Position numbers and translations under genes: made by a program. The notes beneath the pieces are model-generated. The model worked only from the letters and a program-made list of their open reading frames with translations, ran no database searches and had not been told where the DNA came from. A stretch of 64,000 bases of DNA, taken from the NCBI GenBank assembly GCA_036172245.1, contig JAYWIR010000007.1, positions 4,340,001 to 4,404,000 on the forward strand, written 5' to 3'. This stretch comes from Raillietiella orientalis (taxonomy: Eukaryota). Shown here piece by piece: positions 23,571 to 35,400 of this stretch; position 1 is the first letter of the stretch, and each line of letters begins with the position of its first letter.

Positions 23571-26500
23571 GCGAAGAGAGAGGCCCCGCCGCTTCCGCAC
23601 TGACCTTTTGGGCGACGGGAGGAAGCGAAAGGGGTTACAGCCGTGAACCGATTAGGGGGAGCGGCCACTTTTTTTTCTTTTTTTCTTCCCATCTCTCCCT
23701 CTCCCCCTCCCCTTCTTCCTCGGTTTCCGTCCGGAGGTCTCTCTGAACGCGTTTTTTCCCCGCCAAGAGGCTTGCTTAGAGCCCGCCGGCCCGCGCGAAG
23801 AATAGACGGCCCCCAGGCGACTACGCTCAGCTTCTAGGGACTCCGGGATGCCCTCTGCGTTCCGTCTCTGCGTGCCCCCTCGGTCTTTCTCGGGAGACAG
23901 CAGCATTGCGAAGGGGGCAACAGAAAGGAGGGTTGGGGAGGAACGCAAGGGTGCCAGAAGACTTGTTCTCCCCCCTCACACACACGCCCCTCCCCCTTTC
24001 TTTCTTTTTTTTTCTCCGACGAACGACTGCCTATTCGAACGTGTGAGCGCTATCCCCAGGCCAACCGCGGAAGCTCGCGGCGCCTCTCCAAACGGAGGAT
24101 GCTGACCCAGAGCTTTGAAGATGACCAGAAGACGCCGTCCTTTTGATCTGACATACCGTAGGAGGGAATCCTGGTCTCGCGCGTTCGCCGCCCTGGTCTT
24201 CCATTCAGAAAACTGCTGCTGCGTGGACCTGGAAGGAACGGGAGAGGAAGAAGGTAGCTCCCCCCCTACCTCCCTCTTCCTCCCCACGCCGAGCCACGAC
24301 AGCGACTGCAGGGACCCCGAGGGAGCCGCGCGCATTCGATCCAGCTGAGGATCCTTGCGCTCGCTGCCGCTCCCTGAGGCCACACCCGGAGCGCGCGGGC
24401 GGAGAAGCGACGCGTGTCGCCGCGGGACGCTCAGCTGGAGGGGGAGTTGCCGCCTGCTGGCGAGTGCGCGGCCGTCCGGCCCTCGGTCGGCCGGAGGCGC
24501 GGACCGGGTCCGAACCTCGCCCTCCCGCCAGCGACGAAATCGGGAGGCCCGACCTACCTGACCTCCCCGCGCCGGGAACCCTCACAAGCAGGGAGGGCGA
24601 GACGCCACCGCGGACCCTCGCCCGCCCCGAAGTCCGAAAGGACGTCGAAGGAGGCGTTCCCTTCCCTGGGCTTCGCTTGTGGCCACTTGGAGGCGCTCGA
24701 CCTCGCCGGGAGGACGTCTTTCGCGCGCTCCAGCGGCGAAGGGAGTCCTTCCTTTCCCCCCCCCCCCTATCCCACCCTCCTCGCCCTTTCCCCCCATCCT
24801 TCGAGCCAGAACGGCCACTCTCGGACGTACTGGGGACGGACAGATGCGGTCCTCGGAAAAGGTCTTCTGGGACGGGAGGCGTTAAGGGAGGAGAGTCCCT
24901 GCGGTCCATCAGCCGCTGGCAGATGGAACACCGCCACCTTCCGGATCGCCACTCGAAGCGAGAAGGACCCCGGGAAGACATCCTGGCCCTTCCGGAGAGA
25001 AAGCTGCACGAAAGCGCCTAGCCCCGATCCTGCGGACACGGAGGAAGGGGCTCGCTCTGGCCTGGCTGCTGTTTCGCTCGTAGACACCTTCTTGAGTCTC
25101 GTCATAGATGGCACTGCGAACGGGTGCGTGCCGGTTTGTTGCAGGGGCACCGCGGGAAACGGAGGGGGCACGGGTCGCAGGACGTGACCTCCCTCTCGCC
25201 CACCCATTCACCGAGCTTACTTCACTTTTCCAGGATCACCTGACCTACCCAGCCTCCTTCCCTTCCTCCCCCCCACCCCTTGTCACCGAGGAGCTCAGAG
25301 ACCGAAGATCCGGTCGGTCGCGGCGAGGATCCCTGAGCGCGCCATCGCATGCCCCCGGGAGTGGGCGCTCTCTCGACCTTGCTCCCCGCGAGAACTCCCA
25401 CGCATCTCCGGGGAGCGAACGTGGCCGTGACATCAGCTGCGTGCGTCCTTTCCTCTCACCGGGCACAGGCAGGAAGCCATCGGGACGTCGCCGCGATAGC
25501 ACAGGTCACCGAGCCACAGGTGGTTCTCTCCTAGATTTCCCCTTGTCGCAGGAAGCGGGCGGGAAGGTCCGTTGGCGACCTCTCAGCTTCCTCCCTGGAC
25601 CAGCCTTGTTCTCGCGTGAGAATGGAGGAGCAAGCGACCCAGAGGCACCAGCAGGGGACGTCGGCAGGGATGTCCTAGGGATGTTCTCTCTTCCCTACAC
25701 GGTTCCGTCCGTCCGTCCTCCGATCGGGTCTCCGATGTGCGGCGACGGAAGCCTCATCTGCTCTCTTGGGTCGCATCCTCCGTTTCCATGAGAACGCCTT
25801 TCGCTCGTCAGAAGAGGGGCACTCCTCCCTTCGGGCAGCCGTAGAGGAATGGGACGATGCTGCTTGCCTCTTCCCATCCGGAAATTTCCCGGACGAAAAG
25901 GGGAGAGCCGACGGTTTTTCGGGGAAATTCGGGAGTTGCGGAAGTGCGAACAGCGGTCGGACAGAGCACGCGTGAGTGAGCGGGAGCTTGGGCGACGCGC
26001 CCTCCCCTTATTCCCTGGAGGTCGCCGCCTCTCACCTCCCCCTCCCGGAAAAAACGCTTTCCAGGGGGTTGCCCTCTTCGTTATCCCCCCACCTTCCCCT
26101 GGAACCCCTGCAGGATCTCCCCTCACCCTTGGGGACCTCTGGTCCGGCGCTGCTCCTTCTGGGGTTCTACACGGTCTCCCCGGATGCCTCCCCTCCTCCT
26201 CCGCACCGAAACCGGGGGCACCTCGGGGGAAGGTCCCGAGAGCGGGGTGGCTTTCATTCCCGAGGATCTCCTCCTCCCCTCGTCCCGTAGGATGCGGGCC
26301 TTCCCGCCAGGGAGTCGCGGCAGAGACAGCGGGAGGCGCTTCCCCCTCGGTACGTGGACGGCGCCCCGGTGGGCGTCCCGGCCAGCGCAAGAGGGGAGGA
26401 GAGGGAGAGAGTCAGCGGGAATGGCTCCCGTCTTCCCACGGCAGGTCGCTTCAGGAGGGAGGGAAGAGGAAGGGAAAGAGGAGGGAAGGGAGTGAAAAAA

Positions 26501-27399
26501 AAATTCCCGTTTCCTGATTTTTTTTTCTCCCATTATTCCCAGTTTTTTTTTCGCGGGACGTTTTTGTCCCGGCGGGCTCGCCTCTGGGAAGAGCGGGCTC
26601 TTCCCAGAGGCGCGGCGATTTTTCTTCTCGGCTCTTCCCGGACGGAGCGGACGTGACCGAAATGAGCAAGCGGCCGGCGTGGTCGCGGCGGGCGCCCCTT
26701 CCCGGATCGGTGGGAGGCTGGCTGGAAGACTCGACGGGAAGAGCAGGAGGAAGGGAGGTGGTGATAAGAGCAGGAAGGGGAGGGGGGAGGCGGGAGGACG
26801 TGCCTTCGCCGCCGCGTTTTCCCTGGGGAGCGCGGCGCGGACGCGCCCTGTCGCTCCAGCCGTGCCACCGGGAGCTAGGCCTTTCCCACGAGGGAGCGCT
26901 CCCAGATTTTTTCTCCCGCCTTCTTCCTCTCCTTCTTTCCGGGATCTCCCCTTCCCTCCCTTTCCTCTCTCTCCTCCTGCCGCTCCCTCCCTGTAAGAAT
27001 TTTTCCGTCCCCCAGTTCACGGAGGAGGGAGAAGATCGGAAGGTGAGTGCAGAACCCTCGGAAGGTCCCCTCTTTCCCGTAGGCGAAAGGACCCGTCGGG
27101 GATCGGCGGGCGCACCGCTGGGGCGACACAGGAACGAGGTTGGGAGGGTGGGGAGAAAAGGCGCGTGCGCCCTCGCCGCTCCTTTTCCCCGGGAAGACTC
27201 CAACTTCGGTATGAGAGACGCGGGGCGCACGTGTTCTCACCTGCGTCTCCAGGAGTGGGGGAGGGCACCTCCGACCTCGCTCCGACTGTATCCTAGCCCT
27301 CCTCGTCGGGCGCGCCGCCGCTCAGAGGGTTCGCTCCCGTCCATCCCGCGTTATCCCGGAGGATAGTTCACCCCCTCCCTCTCGCCTTCGTCCGTTGTC

Positions 27400-29475
27400 C
27401 TGGGAGATGCCCAGACCAATTACCGGTCCATTAAGGACTCCCGGGAAGTCTAACGACGAGCAGACTCGCATCTCGCATCAGGAAGAGAAGCCGTTGGGAC
27501 TTATCTTCAGGATCGAAGGCGGCAGGACCCGTCCTGGAACAAGGAAAGGGGGGTGGAGGAAAGAGGGTTCTATTTCCGCTTCCTTCCCTCGTCGCTCCTA
27601 TCCCTTCTCCGGGAGGCAGGAGGACCTCTCTGGGGTGCATCCCCCGACCATCTGGGCGGGCCCCTTGAACATTCCAGCATTCCCAGTCCCGTGGGTGGAA
27701 TGGGTCCAGGAGAGCGTGAATGGGCTGCTGCCACCAAGGAGAGTCACTCCTTTATGTTCCTAAGGTCAGGGACCGCGCCTGCTCTCTGTGGGTCGCCTTC
27801 CCTCCTCCGTCTTCGGCAGGTGGACCGCTCTCCCTAGTGGAGCTGCCCTCTAGGGGGCAGCGGCGTTGAGCGGCAAGGGAAAAGGAGAGACGAACGCGGT
27901 CCTGGCCACAGACCCTCGAGAAGGCAGAGCCCCCGGCGATGCGCGCGTAACCTCGCCCGGAGACTGCGTGGTTCCGTAGTCTTTCATGGACGCGTTGGTC
28001 TCTAGAAGAAAGAACAGGAGCGCTCGACCCCTTCTAAGGAGGTAGGTGCCACCTGCCGGGACGGTACGCCGTGTGGAACACCTTCGTTGTCCCCCTCTTT
28101 CGACCCCTGCGTTTTGTTTCCCCCTCCTGCCTGAACACATTAGGAAGGGGACGAAGGACCTCTTGAGGATCGCCCTTTGGGGCAAGGGAAGGTTCCGAGT
28201 CCTACTCAAGGACTTGAGCGCACCGCGTCGGAACGGCAGCCTAGACCTCCTCCTGATGCTGGAGCAGATGGAGCTACAGATCCAGATCGGGACACCCGCC
28301 CTCGTGGCGAAGACATGGAGCGCCTCCTCATCCAGCAGGCCACCGACTGACGTCCTTCCTTCAGCGACGTCGCCGCAGCCCACTGTGGACTGCAGTTCCA
28401 GCGGGGGCCACACTGCCGAGGACCCACGACATCTGGATCTCCTGCCGCCCCGCAGTGCCTGGTTGCAAGAACCCGTTCGCACGTGGGCGAGGAACCAGAA
28501 GAGACGCCCAGGACAGGCCTAACGATTCCTGTACGAGCCTTACAGGAGCTGCTCTCCCAGGGAGATCCTCGAACATCCCAGGAAAGGTGCGTGGGAAGGA
28601 AGAACCTTCCTCACCACGGTGCTTCCCGCCCTGAAGGAACACATGGGCATTCCGGCAGGAGAACAGGTCTGGATGAGTGGACGATGGACCAGCTTGCAGG
28701 CGCTGCGACCCCGAGTGCCCCACCCCTAGGGCTTCTGCTCTGGGACGAGCTGCTGGGTATTCCTGAGGAAGATCTGCAGCGGCCACCAGTGCTCTTGGAC
28801 TACCAGGCTCTCCCACTAAAGTGACAGGAGTGGCAGGGACTTCCTCCCATGCAACACCCTCGGGAATCACTGGACACGGGGGAGAGAGGACGAGTCCGAA
28901 CTGTGCCAGGTGAGAGGAGCGCGAATCTCTCCCGCACCTGCTTGTGGATTGTGTTGCCTTCCGGACCCTCTATGAACGCTTTGCCGCGACCCCAGGAACA
29001 CCCAGCGGCAACTCCAGGGACGCTTTAAGATCCCTCCTCCAATGCGACGCCCTTCGGCCGACAGTCTCGCTAGCAGCTCTCTGCTGCCTACACGAGACTG
29101 TAGATGCCTGGAGCATTGCAAGAGGAAGGCAGAGACACAAGGGTGCCATATGCACTTGGCCGTCCAATTCATGAAGATGGCAACAAGAGGGTATTCCTCC
29201 TGGAATGAAGCATGCAGCAAGCGCTTGCCGGCACCCTCAAAAGGACACAGAGGACCCCTTCCAGTGTGACCCCTTTCCGCACCTTCCTCTCTCCCCCTCC
29301 CCAAATTTATTTATAGTTATTTTTATCTTTTCGTTCGCTCCCTCCCCTCTGCTGCGGTAGCAGACCTCAACGGTCTGCGTACCGACAGCCTGGCAGGTTC
29401 CCCTTGAAATGGGCGTGGTTGGACCACCGGTCCAGCCACAGAGCTTGCAGATGTTTATTTTTTCCATAAATAAAC
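27400..29475 (+). mobile_element. Decayed, 5'-truncated non-LTR retrotransposon of the L1 clade (Tx1-like): ORF2 RT remnants, post-RT region, CCHC zinc knuckle and probable 3' UTR
   Basis: Manual translation across frameshifts gives collinear L1/Tx1 ORF2-like motifs. RT region: LGLIF (27494), FPVPWVEWVQESVNGLL (27680-27730; cf. GF...F..W...VNG.L), LRQVDRSP (27811-27834; cf. RQGDPLSP). Post-RT region: LPGRYAVWNTFVVPLF (28053-28100; cf. LS..GR....N), LWGKGRFRV...LSAPRRNGSLDL (28175-28249; cf. FLW.GK..RV....L..P...GGLGL). Zinc knuckle: C-A-R-stop-EERESLP-H-LLVD-C (28902-28952), i.e. CX2CX7HX4C with the second Cys mutated to TGA. An AATAAA lies at 29469-29474. Motif comparisons are from memory of the family, and the boundaries are approximate. 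Confidence 0.75.
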
Positions 29476-32400
29476 TCCCGAGCGCACCCGGGTGATGATC
29501 CATGGACGCGGATCTCCACGTGGATGGGGGCGTGCGAGAGGTGGGAAGCAGCTGCAGGCGCCTCCCCGTCTGGCCCGGGATCCGAGCGGGACGACTGCCC
29601 CGGACGACTGCCAGACGACAGTGCTGGTTCAGGCGAGCACCGGGAGCTACGAACGGGCCTTGGCGCGCGAGACCCTGGACGCTGCCGCCTTTCCCGCGCC
29701 CCGGGGGCGCGTGGCGGAGTTCTCTCGGGAGTCCCAGATTCCCGCAGTGCGGGGGTGAGAGGAGAGGAGGAGGAGGAGGGGGGATGTGCGCGCCCGAGAT
29801 GTCATGGAGGCGCCAAGGTGCGGCCGCTCCCCTCCTCTGATGGCGCCCCCATAGCAGCCGCCGCGCCGAGGACGGGGCGAGCCCCTTCCGCGTCCTGGGA
29901 TCTTCCCGGTCGAGGGCGCGCCCAGGTTCTGCCGTGGGCGGCTTTCCTGCTCCCGGAACCCAGGGCTCCTCGGCCACCCCTCCCGGGTTCCGACCGGGAC
30001 TCACTTTTGGATCCCCCATGGGAGGTGCCGAGGCACATGCAGAGGTCTCCCTCTCTCGGCGCTCATGTCTCCCCGGTTGGACCCCTTCCGGTTGACCTCG
30101 TGAGCGATCCGTCCTGTGCGGTCGCTTGGGTCCGCCGAGGGCGTCTTCTGGCGCGGAAATCTCGGCCGTGGGCTGCCCCCTCCCGCTCGTGAAGGGAATC
30201 CTTGGCCCTGCGGGCACACGAGAGAGGAGGGTTGCCTAGAAGATGTTCTCGTAGTGCGGGATACTGGAGGTCCTCCCTTCCCGGAAGTCCCACAGACCAT
30301 GAAGTCTCCTCGGACGAGGAGATCCCGGAGGTTCCTCGAATGCGGGACTGGGATCACTCTCCAAGGCATCAGCGTCCTCCCCCCTACTCCCAACAGCGCC
30401 CCACCGGATCACCCGCGGAAGGCGGCCGCCGGTGCCACGAGCGCCGCTTTGGAGCCAGAAAAGGGGGGGAGTCCGAGATGGAGCGTCTTTCGAAACTCAG
30501 AGTAGCCAGATTGGCGAAGGGGAGGTCCACATGGGGAGGTCACTTCTGGAAAGTCCTCCGGGGAGGTCCCCCCTTCATACCTACTCCATTGTAGGGAGGA
30601 TCTCCATTCCGAAGACGACGGGGCCTTCGCGGCAGCGGGGGCAGAGAGGAGCGCGCCAGCCGCCTCCACCACGCCGGCGCCTCTCCGCGGCGGTCCCTTT
30701 CCCGCTCTCGGCCTCACCCGAGCTTGCACGCTGTAGGGGCCGAGGAGAGGGGAGGAGAAAAGGGAACGCATACGCCCGCCGCCTGCTGCCAGGAGCCCCT
30801 TGCAAAGTTGTTGCTCCTCGTCCCCCCGGGAAGTATGTCGATCATCCTCCTTGACCCTGACCAGCGACGTCTCGCACCCCCATCCCATCCTGGAATTGCG
30901 GGCAGGAGGTGTGCCGACTTCCCTTCCCTATTCCCCTTTACTCTCCTCCTCTTCACATGCGGCCTCGTCGCTCCCTCCCTGAGAAATGGGCGGGTAGCCA
31001 TGGAAACCGTTCGTCCTCCCTTGCCAGTCGGGTTCCCGCGTTTCGCCCGCAAGGATAGGAATGGGGAATTGGGGTGGGGAACGCCGCGTCCCTAAACGTG
31101 CCGGGGCTCCAGGGTTTTGCTCCCAGAGCTCTCCCTAGTTCAAAGAAGCGCCCCCGGGGTCTCCAGTCGTGGTCTCTGTGGAGGGGGAGGGATGTGACCC
31201 ACTCTAGGATCAAGGGTCTCCGGAAAGGGCGTGCCGCTTTCCCGACCTTCCTCGTCCTCCATGCAGGGATCTTTCCGGCTGCTCCCGAAGCAGCGCGCCC
31301 CATCCCCCCTCCGCCTCCCGAAAATGTTTCCGGATTTCGGTCCCCCCTCTTTCTGGGTCGGGGAGTGGCTTTTCCTCCTCCTCCCCTTCTCCCGACGTGG
31401 GGTGCAGCCCGTGGCCCCCTCAGGGAGCGCTCCTGAAAGAACGGGACGAAGCTGACTCGGATCTCTTCGCTCCCGAGTTCCTCCCGCAGGATCTCCCCGT
31501 GGAGAAGAAGGAAAGGAGGGAGGGGCGGCGCCCCGAAGTGCCGCGACGTCTTTCAGGAAGGGGGGCGATTTCCCCTGTCGCCTAGGCGGAGGAGGATGCC
31601 CCGAGGGACGTCCTTCCTCGCCCTGGATGTGGTAACGGCTGCCGCCTCTGGAGGAGCGAGCGTCGCAGCTGCGTTGGGGAGCTCCGCTTAGAGGTGCGCG
31701 GTAGGGCGAGGCGGGATGCCGAGAAGCGGCGCCCCATTCCGGACCTCCCCAGGGACAGGAGGCCCCCAACATCCATGGTTCTGGGGGTGTTCCCTCCCCA
31801 CACCCTTCCCCTGCCGGAGGGCGTCATGAGCAAGGATGCGCAGTCGCCAGCTGTCAGGCAATGTGGACGACGAGCGCGCAGGGCCCATCTCTGCCTCCGG
31901 GAGGCGCGCCCCGGGGTGAAGGAAAGCTCGGCGGGCCCACGTACCGGCGGAGCGGGCGGGATGGCAAGGGCGACTTCCGCCGGTCGGGCGACTCCCGTCA
32001 GTGCACAGGCGAGAGCGGTACGTGGCGCGCCGTGTCTTGTGCGCCTGCACAGGGTGCTCCCAGGATCTCGGCGCGCGCCCGGTTCGTCCGAGGTCCGTTT
32101 TCTCGAGGCGGCGCTCAACACGATCACGCGGCGTGGGCAGAGGGCGCACGTAGGTGGGGGAGCTCGCTCTCCCGCCGTAATCCTGCCCACAAGGGGGCAC
32201 TCGGAGCGCATGCGTGACGTGCGTGGCATCCGCCGAGCATGCCTTGTCCACGAAGCCTCGCAGGCAGACAATGTGTGCGTGTGGACACGGCTTTCCTCAC
32301 GCACGTGTGCGCTCGCAGGCGGGCCGTGTTACGCGCGTGTCGGTGCATGCTCCTGGAGCAGGTGCGCCGCTTCCTTCGGGCGTCGGCACGCCGGTCGGAC

Positions 32401-35400
32401 CGAGTCCGGGTTTTCGGCCCAGCAGCAGCAGCTTCACCACCACCGAGGCTACCTTTTTTTTCTTTCTTTTTTCCCTCGTCCACGCCATGTTGAGCCTCGC
32501 TCCAAGGTGGCTCTCCGTTCCATTGTTGGGGCCGCAGCGTCGTGCGTTCACCGGCAGCAGGTGGCTCCGTTTCCACGGAGCCACCTGCGCTTTTTGCTTC
32601 TGCTTTGTGCACTTTCTTGGCTCCGGGATACGGAACGCCATATCCGACCGTGCATCGCACCGCCGTCCCCTCCCTTACCCCTCAGCGCGTCCTGTGACCG
32701 GAATGGGCCCTCGGGTCGCGAGGGGAAACCGGGCCGTCGGAAGTCGTCGTCCTCCGCTCGCCACGAGGGATGGCGGCGAGTCGGACAGACCTGCGCTCGC
32801 GCGCGCCTCCAAGACGGCGGCGGCGGCAGGGAAAGGCGGGAGCAGCTCCACCGACGGAACTCCCCCAGGCAGGTCTCCCCCCCCCCCCTCCGTTCGTCAC
32901 CATCCCGATTTAATTAGGGATGTTTTATTCCATGTTGGTTTTCTAAGCTGACGTGATTAATAAGCGGCCCTCTGCGTTCCTCTTTCCGGAGCGCTTGCGG
33001 TGCTCGAAAACATGTGCGCGCCGGTCGCTAGGCGACAGGGAAAAGATGCGGCTTAACAAATGGCGGTGAGGGGTCGAGCCTCAAATTACCATAGGAGCTC
33101 CCGAAAACCTTCAAGGAGCGAGGGACGTCGCGAGACCCGGGTGTGAAGATGTAAATAGGCAGGGGATGAATTCGTTCCCCTTTTTTCCCTGTTCTTTCTA
33201 GAGGAAAGGAAAAGCGAAGGGAAGGGGGGGAGGGGAGGCGACATACGAGGTCGCGCGCTACGGAGCCCTGAGGCCCAAGGGGGAGGAGGTCGCAAACCTT
33301 GTCCCCCCTCCCTTCCCCTTTTTCCTCCTTAAGGGGCGAAAGCGGAGGTCGGTCGGCCCCGCATCGTGTAGCGGCGGTCCGCTCCAAGGAAGCAAAGGGC
33401 GCGACGAAGCTTCGCCAGCTCAGGGAAGAGCGATGGAGCCCGGGAAGGAGGAATCCATCCGGAGGGAAGCCGACGGTTCTGGGATGAGGGGATCCCCTCT
33501 CCTTGGAAACGAGCAGGCGTCCCCCGTTGGACGGCGAGGCGCCCCGGGAAGCACTGAAGGAACGGAATCGTTGGGGAGTCGTCCGCCGCCGCCCCCTTTC
33601 CTCGAGGAGGCGGTCTCCTCCGCCCTCGCTCCCATGCCTCCTTCCCCCCCGCTTTCTGCCCGCTTTCCCTTCCCACCCCTTCTCGGTCGTCTTCCGAGAT
33701 CCCTTGCTGACGGGGCGGATCTCCGGACGCCACCTGCCGCCACCTGTCTCTCCTCGTCAGCTTTCTTTCCTGGAGGGGCTTTCGTTCGCAGCTCTTCCCC
33801 AGCCCGAGGTCAACGCCTGGCCGAGGACGCCCTCAGGCGATTTTCAGGAACCGCGGGAACTGCCGCCCGGAAGGTACGGGCGCTGACGCGCGAGCACCCG
33901 TGGTCTCTCCGCCCGCGTTTGCGGGACACTCCCGACCCCTAGACCGGGGAATGGCAGGACAGGGGTGGGCAGGGAAGGAAGGAAAGGAGAGGAAGGGGAG
34001 AGAAGAAGCGTCGCCCCCCTCCTTTCCCCTACGGTGGTCTACCAGATCGGTCCGCGAGGCAGTGGTGTTACCGGAGAACCACCGTTGGTTCTCTCTCCTC
34101 CTCGAGCATCGAAAGACGGGAGAGGGGCCGAAAGGAAGAGGGGACAGTCGGGGGAAAACGGAAACGACGAGGAACCAGAACCCGCCGGATCCGCCCAGCC
34201 CACCCCCTCCCAGAACTATCCCCCGTGGCTCCCCTCCCCACGTTCGTCCTCCGGGGGGGCAAGAGGGTAGGCAGTCGGCGGCGGAACCGGGAAGTTGAGA
34301 GTAGCAGCCTCCAGAGAAGGGGGTGGGGGTGGAGAACCCAGGACGACCTCCGCGCCCATAAGTTCGCCCGGGGGGCCTCTCCGGGAGCGGGGCGCAGGGC
34401 CGTCCTCTCCACCGCGGGTCCTGCAGGGACATTCCTTCGTTTCCGGTTCACCCCTCCCCCTTGCTTCTTCTCAGTCCCCCCTCCGGTGGGGGGCCCTCGG
34501 CGCCGGAGGAGTGGCGGATGCACACCGAAAGGAGGGATGTCTCGCATGCTCCCTCTCAAGGGACGATCATCCTCCCCCTCCACTCCTTCCCCCTTCGAGG
34601 AGCTCTGCCGGGGACGGCGCTCTCGTCCCCAGGGAGGCCCCCGTTCGCCGGGCAATCCTTCCAGGCTCCCCTCCTCCTTTTCGCATCCCGGGATGAACTG
34701 CACCGGAAAGGGCCGCCGCGGAGGCTGGCCCTTTCCGGCCTGCCCTCTGGGGGGAGGGAGGGCTCCAGGGAATGCGTCCGTAGGGGGCAGGCAGAAAGCT
34801 CAGCGTCCCCTCCGGCGAGGACAAGGGGAAAAGGGGAAGGCGCCTTCCTCCCGTTCCCCCCCAACAGGGAAAGAGGGCGGGAGGAGGGTCGAGTGAGCCG
34901 GGCAGCGGCGCGCCGATCCCCCCGAACCGCCCACCCTCATCCTGTGCCCCTTCCTGGACGTTCTCCTTGCGTTTTGGCTCTCCTGAGGACCGGGTTCCCC
35001 TCTCGTCGCCCCCGCGGGGGCATCCAAGGGCGCTCTCGAAAGGTCGTCCGTTGTGGAGAGGGCCAGGGAGGAATTGACAGGCTCGCGTTGCCCACTGGGG
35101 AGGTCCCTGGGCAAAAAGGACGAGCGGGACGCTTTTTGCGCCCTCGTCCTCCTTCTCGTCCCTTCGCTTCACCCGGTTTCCTGGTTGCCCCTCCCCACCC
35201 TCCAGTGCGTTCCTCCCTCCCTTCTGGGACGCAGGCGCAGGCCGTCTCGTCGGAAGGTCTCGGGGAGGGCGAGGGAGAGGTTGAACGGCCACCAGGAGAG
35301 CAGGGCAGATGCCGAGAGCCTCCATGAGGCCCGAGGAGGGTGAAAATTTCACGCTGCCGGCCTCCCCGCGGGAAAGGTCCTTGAACTCCTTGATCCGGCG

